Positions 20,156 to 29,426 of a DNA stretch of 64,000 bases are shown here, in pieces (position 1 is the stretch's first letter; every line of letters begins with the position of its first letter). The stretch comes from Sphingomonas sp. GTDB taxonomy: Bacteria > Pseudomonadota > Alphaproteobacteria > Sphingomonadales > Sphingomonadaceae. Position numbers and translations under genes: made by a program. The stretch covers positions 10,217 to 74,216 of the forward strand of contig NZ_JAHFPY010000002.1 of assembly GCF_023266535.1 (NCBI RefSeq). The letters run 5' to 3'. Under the pieces are notes generated by a model that was given only the letters and a program-made list of their open reading frames with translations, searched no databases and was not told where the DNA came from.

Positions 20156-21358
20156 TTGAGCGACCTGTTCAGCAAATTCGATCCGCTGATCGAGACCCGC
20201 GACCAACTGCTGTCGACCGGTATCACCGACCCGTTCGGGCTGGTGATGGAGGAAGTGGTGTCGCCGACCGTCGCCATCTGCAACGGCCGCAAGACCATCC
20301 TGCTCGGCACCTATAATTATATGGGCATGACCTTCGACCCCGACGTGATCGAGGCAGGCAAGAAGGCGCTCGACGAATTTGGCTCCGGCACGACCGGCAG
20401 CCGCGTCCTCAACGGCACCTATGTCGGCCACAGGGCGGTCGAGGAGGCGCTCAAGGACTTTTACGCCATGGACCATGCCATGGTGTTTTCGACCGGCTAC
20501 CAGGCCAACCTCGGGATCATTTCGACGATGGCCGGCAAGGATGACTACATCATCCTCGATATCGACAGCCATGCGTCCATCTATGACGGCTGCGCGATGG
20601 GCAACGCCCAGATCGTTCCCTTCCGCCACAATGACATCGACGCGCTCGAAAAGCGGCTCGGCCGCCTGCCCGAGGGAGCGGGCAAGCTGGTCGTGCTGGA
20701 GGGCGTCTATTCGATGCTCGGCGATATCGCGCCGTTGAAGGAAATGGTCGCCGTGTCAAAGGCGGCCGGCGCGATGGTGCTGGTCGACGAGGCCCATTCG
20801 ATGGGCTTCATCGGCGAGAACGGCCGTGGCGTCGCCGAGGCGCAGGGCGTGATCGACGATGTCGATTTCATCATCGGCACCTTCTCCAAGTCGGTCGGAA
20901 CGGTCGGCGGCTTCTGCGTCTCCAACCATCCCAAGTTCGAGATATTGCGGCTCGTCTGCCGGCCCTATGTGTTCACCGCCTCGCTGCCGCCGAGCGTGGT
21001 CGCCACCGCCGCAACCTCGATCCGCAAGCTCATGCACGGCTCCAACAAGCGTGCGCATCTTTGGGAAAACAGCAAGAAGCTGCACGGCGGCCTGAAGCAG
21101 CTTGGCTTCACGCTGGGCACCGACCAACCGCAGTCGGCGATCATCGCCGTGATCATGCCTGACCTGGAACGCGGCGCGGCGATGTGGGAAGCGCTGCTCC
21201 ACGAAGGGCTGTACGTGAACCTCGCTCGGCCGCCCGCCACGCCGGCCGGGATGACCCTGCTCAGGTGCTCGCTCTGCGCCGAGCATTCGAGCGAGCAGGT
21301 CGACGAAATTCTCGGCATGTTCGAAGCGGCGGGGCGAAAGACCGGCGTGATCGGTTGA
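20156..21358 (+). CDS. spt: serine palmitoyltransferase (alpha-oxoamine synthase family)
   Basis: Near-collinear resemblance to Sphingomonas paucimobilis SPT, including LSKFD, LLGTYNYMGMTFDPDVI, SHASIYDG, VLEGVYSMLGDIAPLKEMVAV, DEAHSMGF, GTFSKSVGTVGGF (PLP lysine) and ARPPATPAG. TTG start. Confidence 0.93.
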   Translation: MSDLFSKFDPLIETRDQLLSTGITDPFGLVMEEVVSPTVAICNGRKTILLGTYNYMGMTFDPDVIEAGKKALDEFGSGTTGSRVLNGTYVGHRAVEEALKDFYAMDHAMVFSTGYQANLGIISTMAGKDDYIILDIDSHASIYDGCAMGNAQIVPFRHNDIDALEKRLGRLPEGAGKLVVLEGVYSMLGDIAPLKEMVAVSKAAGAMVLVDEAHSMGFIGENGRGVAEAQGVIDDVDFIIGTFSKSVGTVGGFCVSNHPKFEILRLVCRPYVFTASLPPSVVATAATSIRKLMHGSNKRAHLWENSKKLHGGLKQLGFTLGTDQPQSAIIAVIMPDLERGAAMWEALLHEGLYVNLARPPATPAGMTLLRCSLCAEHSSEQVDEILGMFEAAGRKTGVIG

Positions 21359-21419
21359 GCCGGGGAACCACTCCCTATTGGGGGTTTCGCGCGGTGAATC
21401 CGGCGGTTACACTGACACC

Positions 21420-23423
21420 ATGACGCCAGCGGAAGAACCCAGGTTCGACTGGCGCCGCGGGGGCGCCGCGGCGGTAGCGTTGCTCGCCACGCTGGTATTG
21501 CTGGGCATGGTCGTGCTGGTGGCGATGACCAACAGCGCCCGCGACCAGGCGCTGCAGGCCGAGCGCCACGCTTATGACGTTGCCCTGCTGACCCGCACCG
21601 CCGATGCCAGCATTGCTCGCGCCGAAGCAGCGGTCGGCCGCTTCGCGCTGGACCGGGACCCGGACAAGAGTGGTAACCGCTACCTTGCCCAATGGCGCCT
21701 CGCCCAGCAGCAGATCACGCAGCTCGAGCGATCGGTTTCGAGCGATCCCGAGCAGCGGCGCCGGGTCGACGACCTGCGCCAATTGTTCAACGAGCGAGGC
21801 CAGCAGTTCAGCGACGTCGCCCGCTACAGCGGGGCCAAGCAAAAGGATTACGGGCTTCGCTATTATTATGCCATTTCACTCCCCCAGCCGGGCGAGAAAG
21901 ACGACACCGGCACCAAGCTAAGGGCGAAGCTGGGCGAAATCGCCAATGCCGAGCGAGCGGGCCTTTCGAAGCGGATCGAAGTGTCGCAACTCTTCTCGGC
22001 CGAGGCCGACCGGCTGACCGACTATCTCAGCTGGCTGGGCGTGATCGTCGGCCTGTTCGCGATCTTCATGGGCTATATCGCGGTCCAGGCGCTGCGGCAG
22101 AATGTCGCGGTCCGCAAGGAAGCCGAGTCCGAATTCGAGCGCGCCCAGGTGCTGGAGCTGGCGGTTCGCGAACGCACCCAGGAGCTGTGGGAAGCCAACC
22201 AGGCGCTGAAGGCCGAGGCAATCGAGCGCCAGGCGGCCGAGGCGCAGCTGCGCCAGGTGCAGAAAATGGAAGCGGTTGGCCAGCTGACCGGCGGCATCGC
22301 CCACGACTTTAACAACATGCTGGCGGTCGTGGTGGGTGGAATCGACCTCGCCCGGCGCCGGCTCGACGGCCCGCGGCGCGAGGTGATGGCCCACCTCACC
22401 AACGCCATGGAAGGCGCAACGCGCGCGGCGGCGCTGACGCGTCGGCTGCTGTCCTTTGCCCGCTCCGAACCGCTGCTGCCCGAGAGGCTCGACACGGCCG
22501 TGCTGCTGGGCGGGATGAGCGAGCTGCTCGACCGGACGCTCGGCGAACGGATCAAGGTCTCGACCAAGCTGGCCGAGGAAGCCTGGCCGGTGTTCGTCGA
22601 CCCGCACCAGCTTGAAAATGCGATCCTCAACCTGGCGGTCAATGCGCGGGACGCGATGGACGGGACGGGCAAGCTTGTGATCCGCACCCGCAACAAGTCG
22701 ATGCAGGCCAATGCGGTCGGCGATATCCGCGCCGGAGAATATCTGGTGATTGAAGTCACCGACACCGGCTGCGGCATGACTACCGAGGTCAAGGAGCGGG
22801 CATTCGAGCCGTTCTTCACCACCAAGTCGGTTGGCAAGGGAACGGGGTTGGGCCTCAGCCAGATTTTCGGCTTCGCCCACCAGTCGGGCGGCGAGGTCGG
22901 CATCGAGAGCCAGGTCGGCAAGGGCACGACGGTTTCGATTTACCTGCCGCGGACCGACGCCCAGCCCAACAACGTTCGCGCCCACCCGGCAACGCAGGTT
23001 AAGGCGGAGGATGACATGACCGTGCCGGGAGCGCGCATCCTGCTGGTCGAGGACGATCCGCGGGTTAGGACGGCCACCATCGGGGCGCTGGAAGATCTTG
23101 GTTATGAGCCGATCGCCTGCTCGAGCGGCGCCGAAGCATTGGCGCTGTTCGACAGCATGGAATTCGACCTGGTGATTTCCGACGTGATCATGCCGGAAAT
23201 GACCGGGCCGGAGATGGTTCGCGAACTAAAGACCCGCCGGGGCGATATCGCCATTTTGTTCGTCACCGGCTATGTCGGCGAAGGCGAAAGCGACGATCTG
23301 GTCGGTCACGACCTGTTGAGGAAGCCGTTTACGGTCAGCACGCTGGCCAGCGCGGTTACGGGTGCGCTTTCCCGCCGCTCTAGCGTATCGCGCCCGATCG
23401 GAGGAGCCGCGGCAGCAGGCTGA
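21420..23423 (+). CDS. CHASE3-type hybrid sensor histidine kinase / response regulator
   Basis: N-terminal TM helix, a periplasmic CHASE3-like region and a second TM helix. Coiled coil, H-box [12 protein letters not shown] and G boxes ([22 protein letters not shown]), and a C-terminal REC domain ([22 protein letters not shown]). Confidence 0.9.
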   Translation: MTPAEEPRFDWRRGGAAAVALLATLVLLGMVVLVAMTNSARDQALQAERHAYDVALLTRTADASIARAEAAVGRFALDRDPDKSGNRYLAQWRLAQQQITQLERSVSSDPEQRRRVDDLRQLFNERGQQFSDVARYSGAKQKDYGLRYYYAISLPQPGEKDDTGTKLRAKLGEIANAERAGLSKRIEVSQLFSAEADRLTDYLSWLGVIVGLFAIFMGYIAVQALRQNVAVRKEAESEFERAQVLELAVRERTQELWEANQALKAEAIERQAAEAQLRQVQKMEAVGQLTGGIAHDFNNMLAVVVGGIDLARRRLDGPRREVMAHLTNAMEGATRAAALTRRLLSFARSEPLLPERLDTAVLLGGMSELLDRTLGERIKVSTKLAEEAWPVFVDPHQLENAILNLAVNARDAMDGTGKLVIRTRNKSMQANAVGDIRAGEYLVIEVTDTGCGMTTEVKERAFEPFFTTKSVGKGTGLGLSQIFGFAHQSGGEVGIESQVGKGTTVSIYLPRTDAQPNNVRAHPATQVKAEDDMTVPGARILLVEDDPRVRTATIGALEDLGYEPIACSSGAEALALFDSMEFDLVISDVIMPEMTGPEMVRELKTRRGDIAILFVTGYVGEGESDDLVGHDLLRKPFTVSTLASAVTGALSRRSSVSRPIGGAAAAG

Positions 23424-24243
23424 TCGCGGCCAGCAGCGGATGCCGCTTCTGCCACGGCTTCAATTCAATGCTGGTTCCAGCGTGGCGGTTGATCTTCCAG
23501 GCAATATATTCCGCTCCGCCGGCATAGGTGGCACTGGCCTTGGCCAGCCGCAGGACGGACAGCAACTTCCCTTCGAAACGCCGGCGGAGCCACCCGCCAC
23601 CCGGGATCGCGGGGTCGATTGAGGCCACAACCGCCGGTGAGAAACGCTCATATCGTTCGAGGTCGGCATCGACCACCGAGCCGGACCGGCCCTTGCGCTC
23701 GGCGCGGAGTTCGGCGGAGTAGGTCAACGAGAAAGCCCGGCGCCACCAATGGAGCACGGACTCACCGTCAATCTTGCCCGCAGCGGCCAATAGTGTCGGA
23801 GCGGCCCGCGACACCGCCGCAATTGCCGCCGCGCGCGCTGCCTCATCCGAGCTCCACACCAGCCGCGAGGGCTGGGCAAAGCGCGCCCAAACCGAGACAT
23901 TTCGCGTTTCCGGACCGTTGAGGCGGTAGAAGTCGCGCTCGCTGAGCACCGCATATTTGGCTGCCAATCCGCCTTGCTGGAACGGGAAGACATTGGGCGG
24001 GATCAGCGCATTGGCCCTAGCCAGCGATGGCTTATCATAGGCCGAAGGATAGTCGGACACGATCAGGTAGAAATCGAGCATTAGCCCGTCGAGCTGCTTT
24101 TCGCGGAGGCAACTGCCGTAAAACAGGACCGCCCGGCTGGCCGCCCCGTGCCGTGCAGCAATGGCTTCAGCCATGGCCTTTGCGCGGGGATCGACCGGCT
24201 GGTCGAGCTCGGCCTCGACGAGGTCGCGAAGTACTTGAGTCAT
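23380..24243 (-). CDS. Tam41/Mmp37-like protein (putative lipid-phosphate cytidylyltransferase)
   Basis: By-eye matches to yeast Tam41: FYGSCL vs GYGSGV, MLDFYLIV vs QIDIILGV, NVFPF..G..KYAVLS vs VYFNPF..KYGVVS, VWARFAQP vs YLAGRLQKP, SLTYSAELR vs ALSYAGDIR, ERYERF vs KNFERF, and EYIAWKI vs KYAWAK. Confidence 0.7.
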   Translation of the reverse strand: MTQVLRDLVEAELDQPVDPRAKAMAEAIAARHGAASRAVLFYGSCLREKQLDGLMLDFYLIVSDYPSAYDKPSLARANALIPPNVFPFQQGGLAAKYAVLSERDFYRLNGPETRNVSVWARFAQPSRLVWSSDEAARAAAIAAVSRAAPTLLAAAGKIDGESVLHWWRRAFSLTYSAELRAERKGRSGSVVDADLERYERFSPAVVASIDPAIPGGGWLRRRFEGKLLSVLRLAKASATYAGGAEYIAWKINRHAGTSIELKPWQKRHPLLAAISLLPRLLRSGAIR

Positions 24244-24252
24244 CGCGTCGCC

Positions 24253-25230
24253 TCAGGCGGCGATGCGGACAAACGACAGCGGCTGGGCCGGCCGCAGCAG
24301 GATCGGCTTGCCAACCCCGGCGCGGAAGGTCTCGCCATCGAGGATGACCCGGCTGGATTCGCCTTCGATCGCAATCTCGTCGGCTTCCTCGACATGGACG
24401 CCGTCCAGCTTGGTCCGCCCCAGCCGGCCGACCATGCTGGCAAAAAAGGCGCGTAGCAGCGACACCGGCTTCTGTTCGACGGCGACGAATTTCAGCGGCC
24501 CTCGGCTATGGGCGCTGAAGTCGCCGGAAAGCAGCAACTTCTCGAGGGTTGTGACGAACAGGAAAGAAAAGCGGGCCGTAATAGCGCCTTCGCGGCGTAC
24601 GCTAATACTGAGCGGCATCGGTTCTGGCGGGAGGAAGCTCGCGCGGAGCCGGAAAACCTGGGCCAGCACGACCGCGACAGCGGTTATGAAATGGCTGATG
24701 CTGTTGGGCAGGCCGAGCGGATAGACCCGTTCCCGGCAGTAAAGCATGATGTCTGCCAGCCCGGCCCCGCCCATGAACATGCCGATCACCGGCTTGATCC
24801 CGGTCTCGCCACCCGACAATGAAATCAGTTCGCGCGCCACCAGGTGAGGCGACATGTCGGCGCGGGCGATGGCCAGCAATTTCTCAAGCGCATCAACCGG
24901 ATCGCCCTGCACCCCGAGGTCGAGCGCAATCAAATTGGTCTTGCCGCTCGGCAGTACCGCCACCGGCGGCGCGGCGGTGCCAAAATGGCCGCCATTATGC
25001 AGCTCGGTCAGTACCGCCTGGACGGTGCCGTCGCCGCCGTTGATCGCCAGCACCGCCGGATCGATCCGCGCGATGGTTCGCATCGCCTCGCCGATCTGGC
25101 TGGCCTGCTCCACCTCATAATGGAAAATGTCGGGATGTTCGGCACAGAAGGCACGGATACGCGGCAGCTGGGCAAGATTGCCCGTCGATTTGGGATTGCT
25201 GATCAAGGCGATCCGCAGCCGCGCCATCAA
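24253..25230 (-). CDS. diacylglycerol-kinase-fold lipid kinase (YegS/BmrU-like); candidate ceramide or DAG kinase
   Basis: DAGK catalytic-domain pattern: RIALISNPKS, AINGGDGTV and VLPSGKTNL. 9 bp upstream of the Tam41-like gene and a 4-bp overlap with the DUF2141-like gene. Confidence 0.8.
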   Translation of the reverse strand: MMARLRIALISNPKSTGNLAQLPRIRAFCAEHPDIFHYEVEQASQIGEAMRTIARIDPAVLAINGGDGTVQAVLTELHNGGHFGTAAPPVAVLPSGKTNLIALDLGVQGDPVDALEKLLAIARADMSPHLVARELISLSGGETGIKPVIGMFMGGAGLADIMLYCRERVYPLGLPNSISHFITAVAVVLAQVFRLRASFLPPEPMPLSISVRREGAITARFSFLFVTTLEKLLLSGDFSAHSRGPLKFVAVEQKPVSLLRAFFASMVGRLGRTKLDGVHVEEADEIAIEGESSRVILDGETFRAGVGKPILLRPAQPLSFVRIAA

Positions 25231-25727
25231 CTGCCCACGCGTCCAACACTGAGGCCCCTCATATAAACAAGCGTAACCCCGACCCGTGATGGGCCGTTTC
25301 CGACCGTGAATGCGGCCTTGGCGTAGGGCGGTTTCGGATTGAACAGGCTAACCTTGGGATCCCGTGAATAGCCGCCGCCATCCTGACGGTCGCGCTCCCC
25401 GTTGACGTTGAGGTCGTGATGGACCGACAGCGCATAGCGTCCCGGGGCCGGCACCGGCACGCAAATGTCCATCGACCGGGCAGTGACCGGAACCTTGACC
25501 TTGCTGATCCGGCCTCCCTTGGCCAACCAGAGGTTGGCGTCGGAGCCATATAGCGTCACCTTGACCTTGCCAGCGGGCTGCTTGAACCCGGCAACATGGA
25601 CGACCACCGACGGCTTTCCGGCCGCGCAGCCGGTCGATGCCGCCACCGGCTGGGCCGCGGCATGCGAGGTCGCCGCCGCCGCCAGGGCTGCGCCACCGAT
25701 CGCCAGAGGGACCGCCGATTTGGACAT
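25227..25727 (-). CDS. DUF2141-like periplasmic protein
   Basis: Signal peptide MSKSAVPLAIGGAALAAAATSHAAA, followed by a beta-rich domain containing VHHDLNVNGERDRQDGGGYSRDP, which matches the typical DUF2141 HDxNxNGxxD motif. Confidence 0.7.
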   Translation of the reverse strand: MSKSAVPLAIGGAALAAAATSHAAAQPVAASTGCAAGKPSVVVHVAGFKQPAGKVKVTLYGSDANLWLAKGGRISKVKVPVTARSMDICVPVPAPGRYALSVHHDLNVNGERDRQDGGGYSRDPKVSLFNPKPPYAKAAFTVGNGPSRVGVTLVYMRGLSVGRVGS

Positions 25728-25849
25728 GATTTTCCCAGCCGCTCCGCTATAGGCACAAACGGCGCCGCTGCTCTGCCCATTCCCCCCAATTCGGAATCGG
25801 CATGTCTCGACGCCCCGGTTTCCATGTCGGCCCGCTTTGCGGCCAAATC

Positions 25850-27100
25850 ATGGTGCCGCGTGGACGAAAACATGCTCTGAAGGGCCCAAGATTGCAGTTG
25901 GTCGATCGCTACCTTGCGCGCAGCATCGCCGTCCCGCTGATCGGGACGCTGGTGCTGGCGGCAATGCTGCTGGTGCTCGACAAGATGCTGAGGCTGTTCG
26001 ACTTCGTCATCAATGCCGGCGGGCCGGTCAGCGTCGTGTGGCGGATGCTGGCCAATTTGCTGCCCGAATATTTCTCGCTGGGCATCCCGATCGGACTGCT
26101 GCTCGGGATCATCCTGGCGTTCCGCAAGCTGGCCTTGTCGTCGGAGCTCGACGCAATGCGCGGGATCGGCATCAGCTACGGCCGGCTGCTGCGTATTCCC
26201 TACATGTTCGCGGTCGGCCTGTTGCTGGTCAACATCGCCATCGTCGGCTGGGTCGATCCCTATGCCCGCTACCGCTACGAGGGCCTGCGGTTCGAGCTCA
26301 AATCCGGTGCGCTGGGCGCGTCAATCAAGGTCGGCGAGTTCAACCAGTTCGGCAAGCGCATGACGTTGAGGATCGACCGCAGCGAGAAGAATGGCACTCG
26401 CCTGCACGGCATTTTCACCGCGCTTGACGACAAGTCGGGAACCCGCATCGCCGCAACGGCGGCCGAGGGCCAATTCCTGTCTACCGATGATCCGGACACC
26501 ATCATCTTCCGGCTGAAACGGGGCCGCTTGATCCAGGAAGGAGTCAATTTCGCCACTCCCCGGACCTTGTCGTTCAACAGCTATGATTTGCCGATCAACA
26601 TGCCCGCAACCGACTCTTTCCGCGGCCGCGGCGACGAGGAAAAGGAGCTGGTCCTGCCCGAGGTTTATGCCCGGGCCTATGGCGGTGCGGCGCCGGACCA
26701 CAAGGCCAATTTGGCCGCGCGCGCCAACCTTCATTTCCGGCTGGTCGAAATCGCGATGATGCTGATGCTGCCGCTGCTCGGCGTTGCCCTGGCCGTCCCG
26801 CCCAAGCGCAGCAACAGCTCGCTCGGCATCTTCGTCGGGATCGTCCTGGTGGTCACCTACCACAAGATCAACCAATATGCCGAAGGAGCCGGCGCCCAGG
26901 GCCGGCTGCAGCCCGAGCTGGCGCTGTGGCTGCCGTTCGTGGCGCTGGTCGCGCTGATTGCCTGGATGTACCATGTCATCGCCCACCGCCCGGGGGGCCA
27001 ACCGATCGGCGCGCTCGAAGCGGCCTTCTCCAAGCTCGGCAAGGCGGTGCGCAAGGTCACGCCGCAGCGGCAGTTCAAACGGATTGAGGCGGCGGCATGA
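25850..27100 (+). CDS. lptF: LptF/LptG family permease (LptF-like)
   Basis: LVDRYLARSIAVPLIGTLVLAAMLLVLDKML N-terminus, six TM segments and a central periplasmic domain. The start is ambiguous between ATG 25850 and TTG 25892, which would give MQLVDRYL. Confidence 0.85.
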   Translation: MVPRGRKHALKGPRLQLVDRYLARSIAVPLIGTLVLAAMLLVLDKMLRLFDFVINAGGPVSVVWRMLANLLPEYFSLGIPIGLLLGIILAFRKLALSSELDAMRGIGISYGRLLRIPYMFAVGLLLVNIAIVGWVDPYARYRYEGLRFELKSGALGASIKVGEFNQFGKRMTLRIDRSEKNGTRLHGIFTALDDKSGTRIAATAAEGQFLSTDDPDTIIFRLKRGRLIQEGVNFATPRTLSFNSYDLPINMPATDSFRGRGDEEKELVLPEVYARAYGGAAPDHKANLAARANLHFRLVEIAMMLMLPLLGVALAVPPKRSNSSLGIFVGIVLVVTYHKINQYAEGAGAQGRLQPELALWLPFVALVALIAWMYHVIAHRPGGQPIGALEAAFSKLGKAVRKVTPQRQFKRIEAAA

Positions 27101-28194
27101 TCAATCTCGATTTCATGCCCTCGCGCCAGCTGGCGCTCTACGCCGCGAGGCTGTTCCTGACCCGCAGCCTGGCGGTACTGATCATGCTGGTGCTGGTGCT
27201 GATGACGCTCGACCTGCTGGGCGAATCCGGCAAGATTTTGAAGGTCCCGGGCAACAGCGAAGCGGAGCTATGGCGCTATGTTTCGCTGCGCATTCCCCAA
27301 CTAGTCTCCAAATTCCTGCCATTCTCGGTGTTGCTGGGCGCGCTGATTGCCTTTGCCGGGCTCAACCAGCACAGCGAAGTGGTATCGATGAAGGCCGCGG
27401 GCCTGTCGGCCCACCAGATCCTGGCGCCGATGATTGCCGCCAGCTTTGGCGTGGCTTTGCTCCTGTTCGCGTTCAACGAGCTGGTGGTGGTGAAGTCGGC
27501 CCGCACGCTCGATGCCTGGAGCGACGCTGATTACAAGCCGATCCCGCCATCGAGCGGCATCCTGTCCAACGTCTGGATCCGCGACGGCAATGACATGGTC
27601 CGCGCCCTCATCGTCACCGGGCAGGGCGAACGCACGCGGCTCCAGGACGTCACTATCTACGATCGCGAGAGCGACGGGCTGGCCAGGGTCATGAATGCCG
27701 ACAGCGGCGAACGTGTGGCCGGTGCCTGGAAGCTCGACAATGTCCGCACTTACGACGCGCGAATGAACATCGTCATGAAGCAGCCGAGCGTGATTGTGCT
27801 CAAAGATGTTGAACCAGCCCGCTTCACCCTTGCTCAAATCGATCCGGAGGAGCGCGATTTCGTCGCCCTGAGGCAGGAAATCCAAGCACTGGAGGCAGCC
27901 GGAAGGCCGACCGAAGAGGCCCGGACCGGCTGGTGGCACAAGATCAGCGGACCCTTGTCGACAGTGCTGATGCCCCTCCTGGCGGCGACCGCCGCGTTCG
28001 GGCTGGCCCGTTCGGGCCGCGTCCTGCTCCGCGCGACGATCGGCATGGCGCTCGGCTTTGCCTATTTCGTCGCCGACAATTTCAGCGTGGCGCTGGGCAA
28101 TTATGGCGCCTACCCGCCGTTCCTCGCCGCCTGGGCGCCATTCCTGCTGTTCCTGCTAATCGGCGAGTTCGTCCTGATCAGGCAGGAAGAATAG
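27097..28194 (+). CDS. lptG: LptF/LptG family permease (LptG-like)
   Basis: 365 aa with YjgP/YjgQ topology. Its start overlaps the lptF stop by 4 bp. Confidence 0.85.
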   Translation: MINLDFMPSRQLALYAARLFLTRSLAVLIMLVLVLMTLDLLGESGKILKVPGNSEAELWRYVSLRIPQLVSKFLPFSVLLGALIAFAGLNQHSEVVSMKAAGLSAHQILAPMIAASFGVALLLFAFNELVVVKSARTLDAWSDADYKPIPPSSGILSNVWIRDGNDMVRALIVTGQGERTRLQDVTIYDRESDGLARVMNADSGERVAGAWKLDNVRTYDARMNIVMKQPSVIVLKDVEPARFTLAQIDPEERDFVALRQEIQALEAAGRPTEEARTGWWHKISGPLSTVLMPLLAATAAFGLARSGRVLLRATIGMALGFAYFVADNFSVALGNYGAYPPFLAAWAPFLLFLLIGEFVLIRQEE

Positions 28195-28234
28195 TAGCCT
28201 GCAGCCAGTGCGGGGCACTGGCGAAGCCGACTAT

Positions 28235-29341
28235 CTAGCGGCCCTTCCAGCTCGACACGGCGAGCCGGGCCACCAATGGCGACAGTCCGCGATAATTGGC
28301 GTCGAAATAGACCGAGTTCGGCGCAAGCGAGGATTTGAGACGCCGGTGCGCTTCGCCCAGCGCATGGTAAGGGACGCCGGGGAGCAGGTGATGCAGCGCA
28401 TGGTAGCGCAGGCCGACCGGTGCCCACAGCGCCGGCAACACGCCCGGCGGCGGAACATTGACGCTGTCGAGATATTGCTCGGTGACGCTCATCGGCTCGC
28501 CGTCATTTTCCCACAGGTGCGCGACTAGCGTCCGGATCTGGTTGAGGAACATCACGCCAGCGGAAATAGCGAGGAAGATCAAGAAGGCGCGGAGCGGAAT
28601 ATTGCCCGTTGCGACCAATGCCAGGAGCGTGATCGCCCAAAGGCTCGCCGCTGTTTCCTGAATCATCCAGCGCGTCCGGAATTCACCAGTCGGCGCGGGC
28701 CGGCGAAAGCGCGGGTTGATTTGTAGACCGGAATATTTGGCAACCACCGCCTCGCGCAGCTTCGGCGACAGCAGCGACAGCGGCGCCAGGATGCCGAAGC
28801 GGATCAACATGCCGACCGGCGCCAGCGCGGCGGCAATCAGGAACACCGGCAATGTCCACGGATGCATCAGCGCCAGCGGCAAATACTCCGGGTCCTCGGC
28901 GGTGCCATAATAAGTCTTGGCATGATGCTGGTTGTGGACCCCTTCATACATGAAGGACGGCACCAGCAGCGGCACCCCAACCAGAGCGTTCCACGCCCAG
29001 TAAAAGCCCGGAACCGCATTGGGCTTCACATGGGTAATCTCGTGAATGAAGCTGCCAGCCCGATAAAGCGCCAGGATCGCGACAAGACCCGCTACCACGC
29101 CAATAAGCGTGGACGGCGCGGCAATCGTCGCAGCCAGCGCGCCATATCCCAACAGGGCCGAACCAAGCATGTCGGCCCAGTATATTGCCGGCCTGGCGAC
29201 ATTGAGGTCGCGGGTCAGGCTGGCCGCGGCCTTGAGCATGGCCTTGTCGTCGCCGTGCGGGGCACGCGCGGCCTCGCCGGCGGCAGCCGGGCCCGTTTCA
29301 CGGTCAAGGGCGACGGATTCGTTCATGGGAGGATGGGCCAC
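28235..29341 (-). CDS. membrane fatty acid desaturase family protein
   Basis: Three histidine boxes (HEITH, HNQHH and HHLLPGVPYH) with intervening TM helices. Confidence 0.85.
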   Translation of the reverse strand: MAHPPMNESVALDRETGPAAAGEAARAPHGDDKAMLKAAASLTRDLNVARPAIYWADMLGSALLGYGALAATIAAPSTLIGVVAGLVAILALYRAGSFIHEITHVKPNAVPGFYWAWNALVGVPLLVPSFMYEGVHNQHHAKTYYGTAEDPEYLPLALMHPWTLPVFLIAAALAPVGMLIRFGILAPLSLLSPKLREAVVAKYSGLQINPRFRRPAPTGEFRTRWMIQETAASLWAITLLALVATGNIPLRAFLIFLAISAGVMFLNQIRTLVAHLWENDGEPMSVTEQYLDSVNVPPPGVLPALWAPVGLRYHALHHLLPGVPYHALGEAHRRLKSSLAPNSVYFDANYRGLSPLVARLAVSSWKGR

Positions 29342-29426
29342 TTGCAGGAGATAGTGGCACCATCGTGGCGGGTGAAGGGCTGTCCTGCCGCTGGCGCTTG
29401 GCCGCCTTAGCCGCTAGCGGTCGTCC

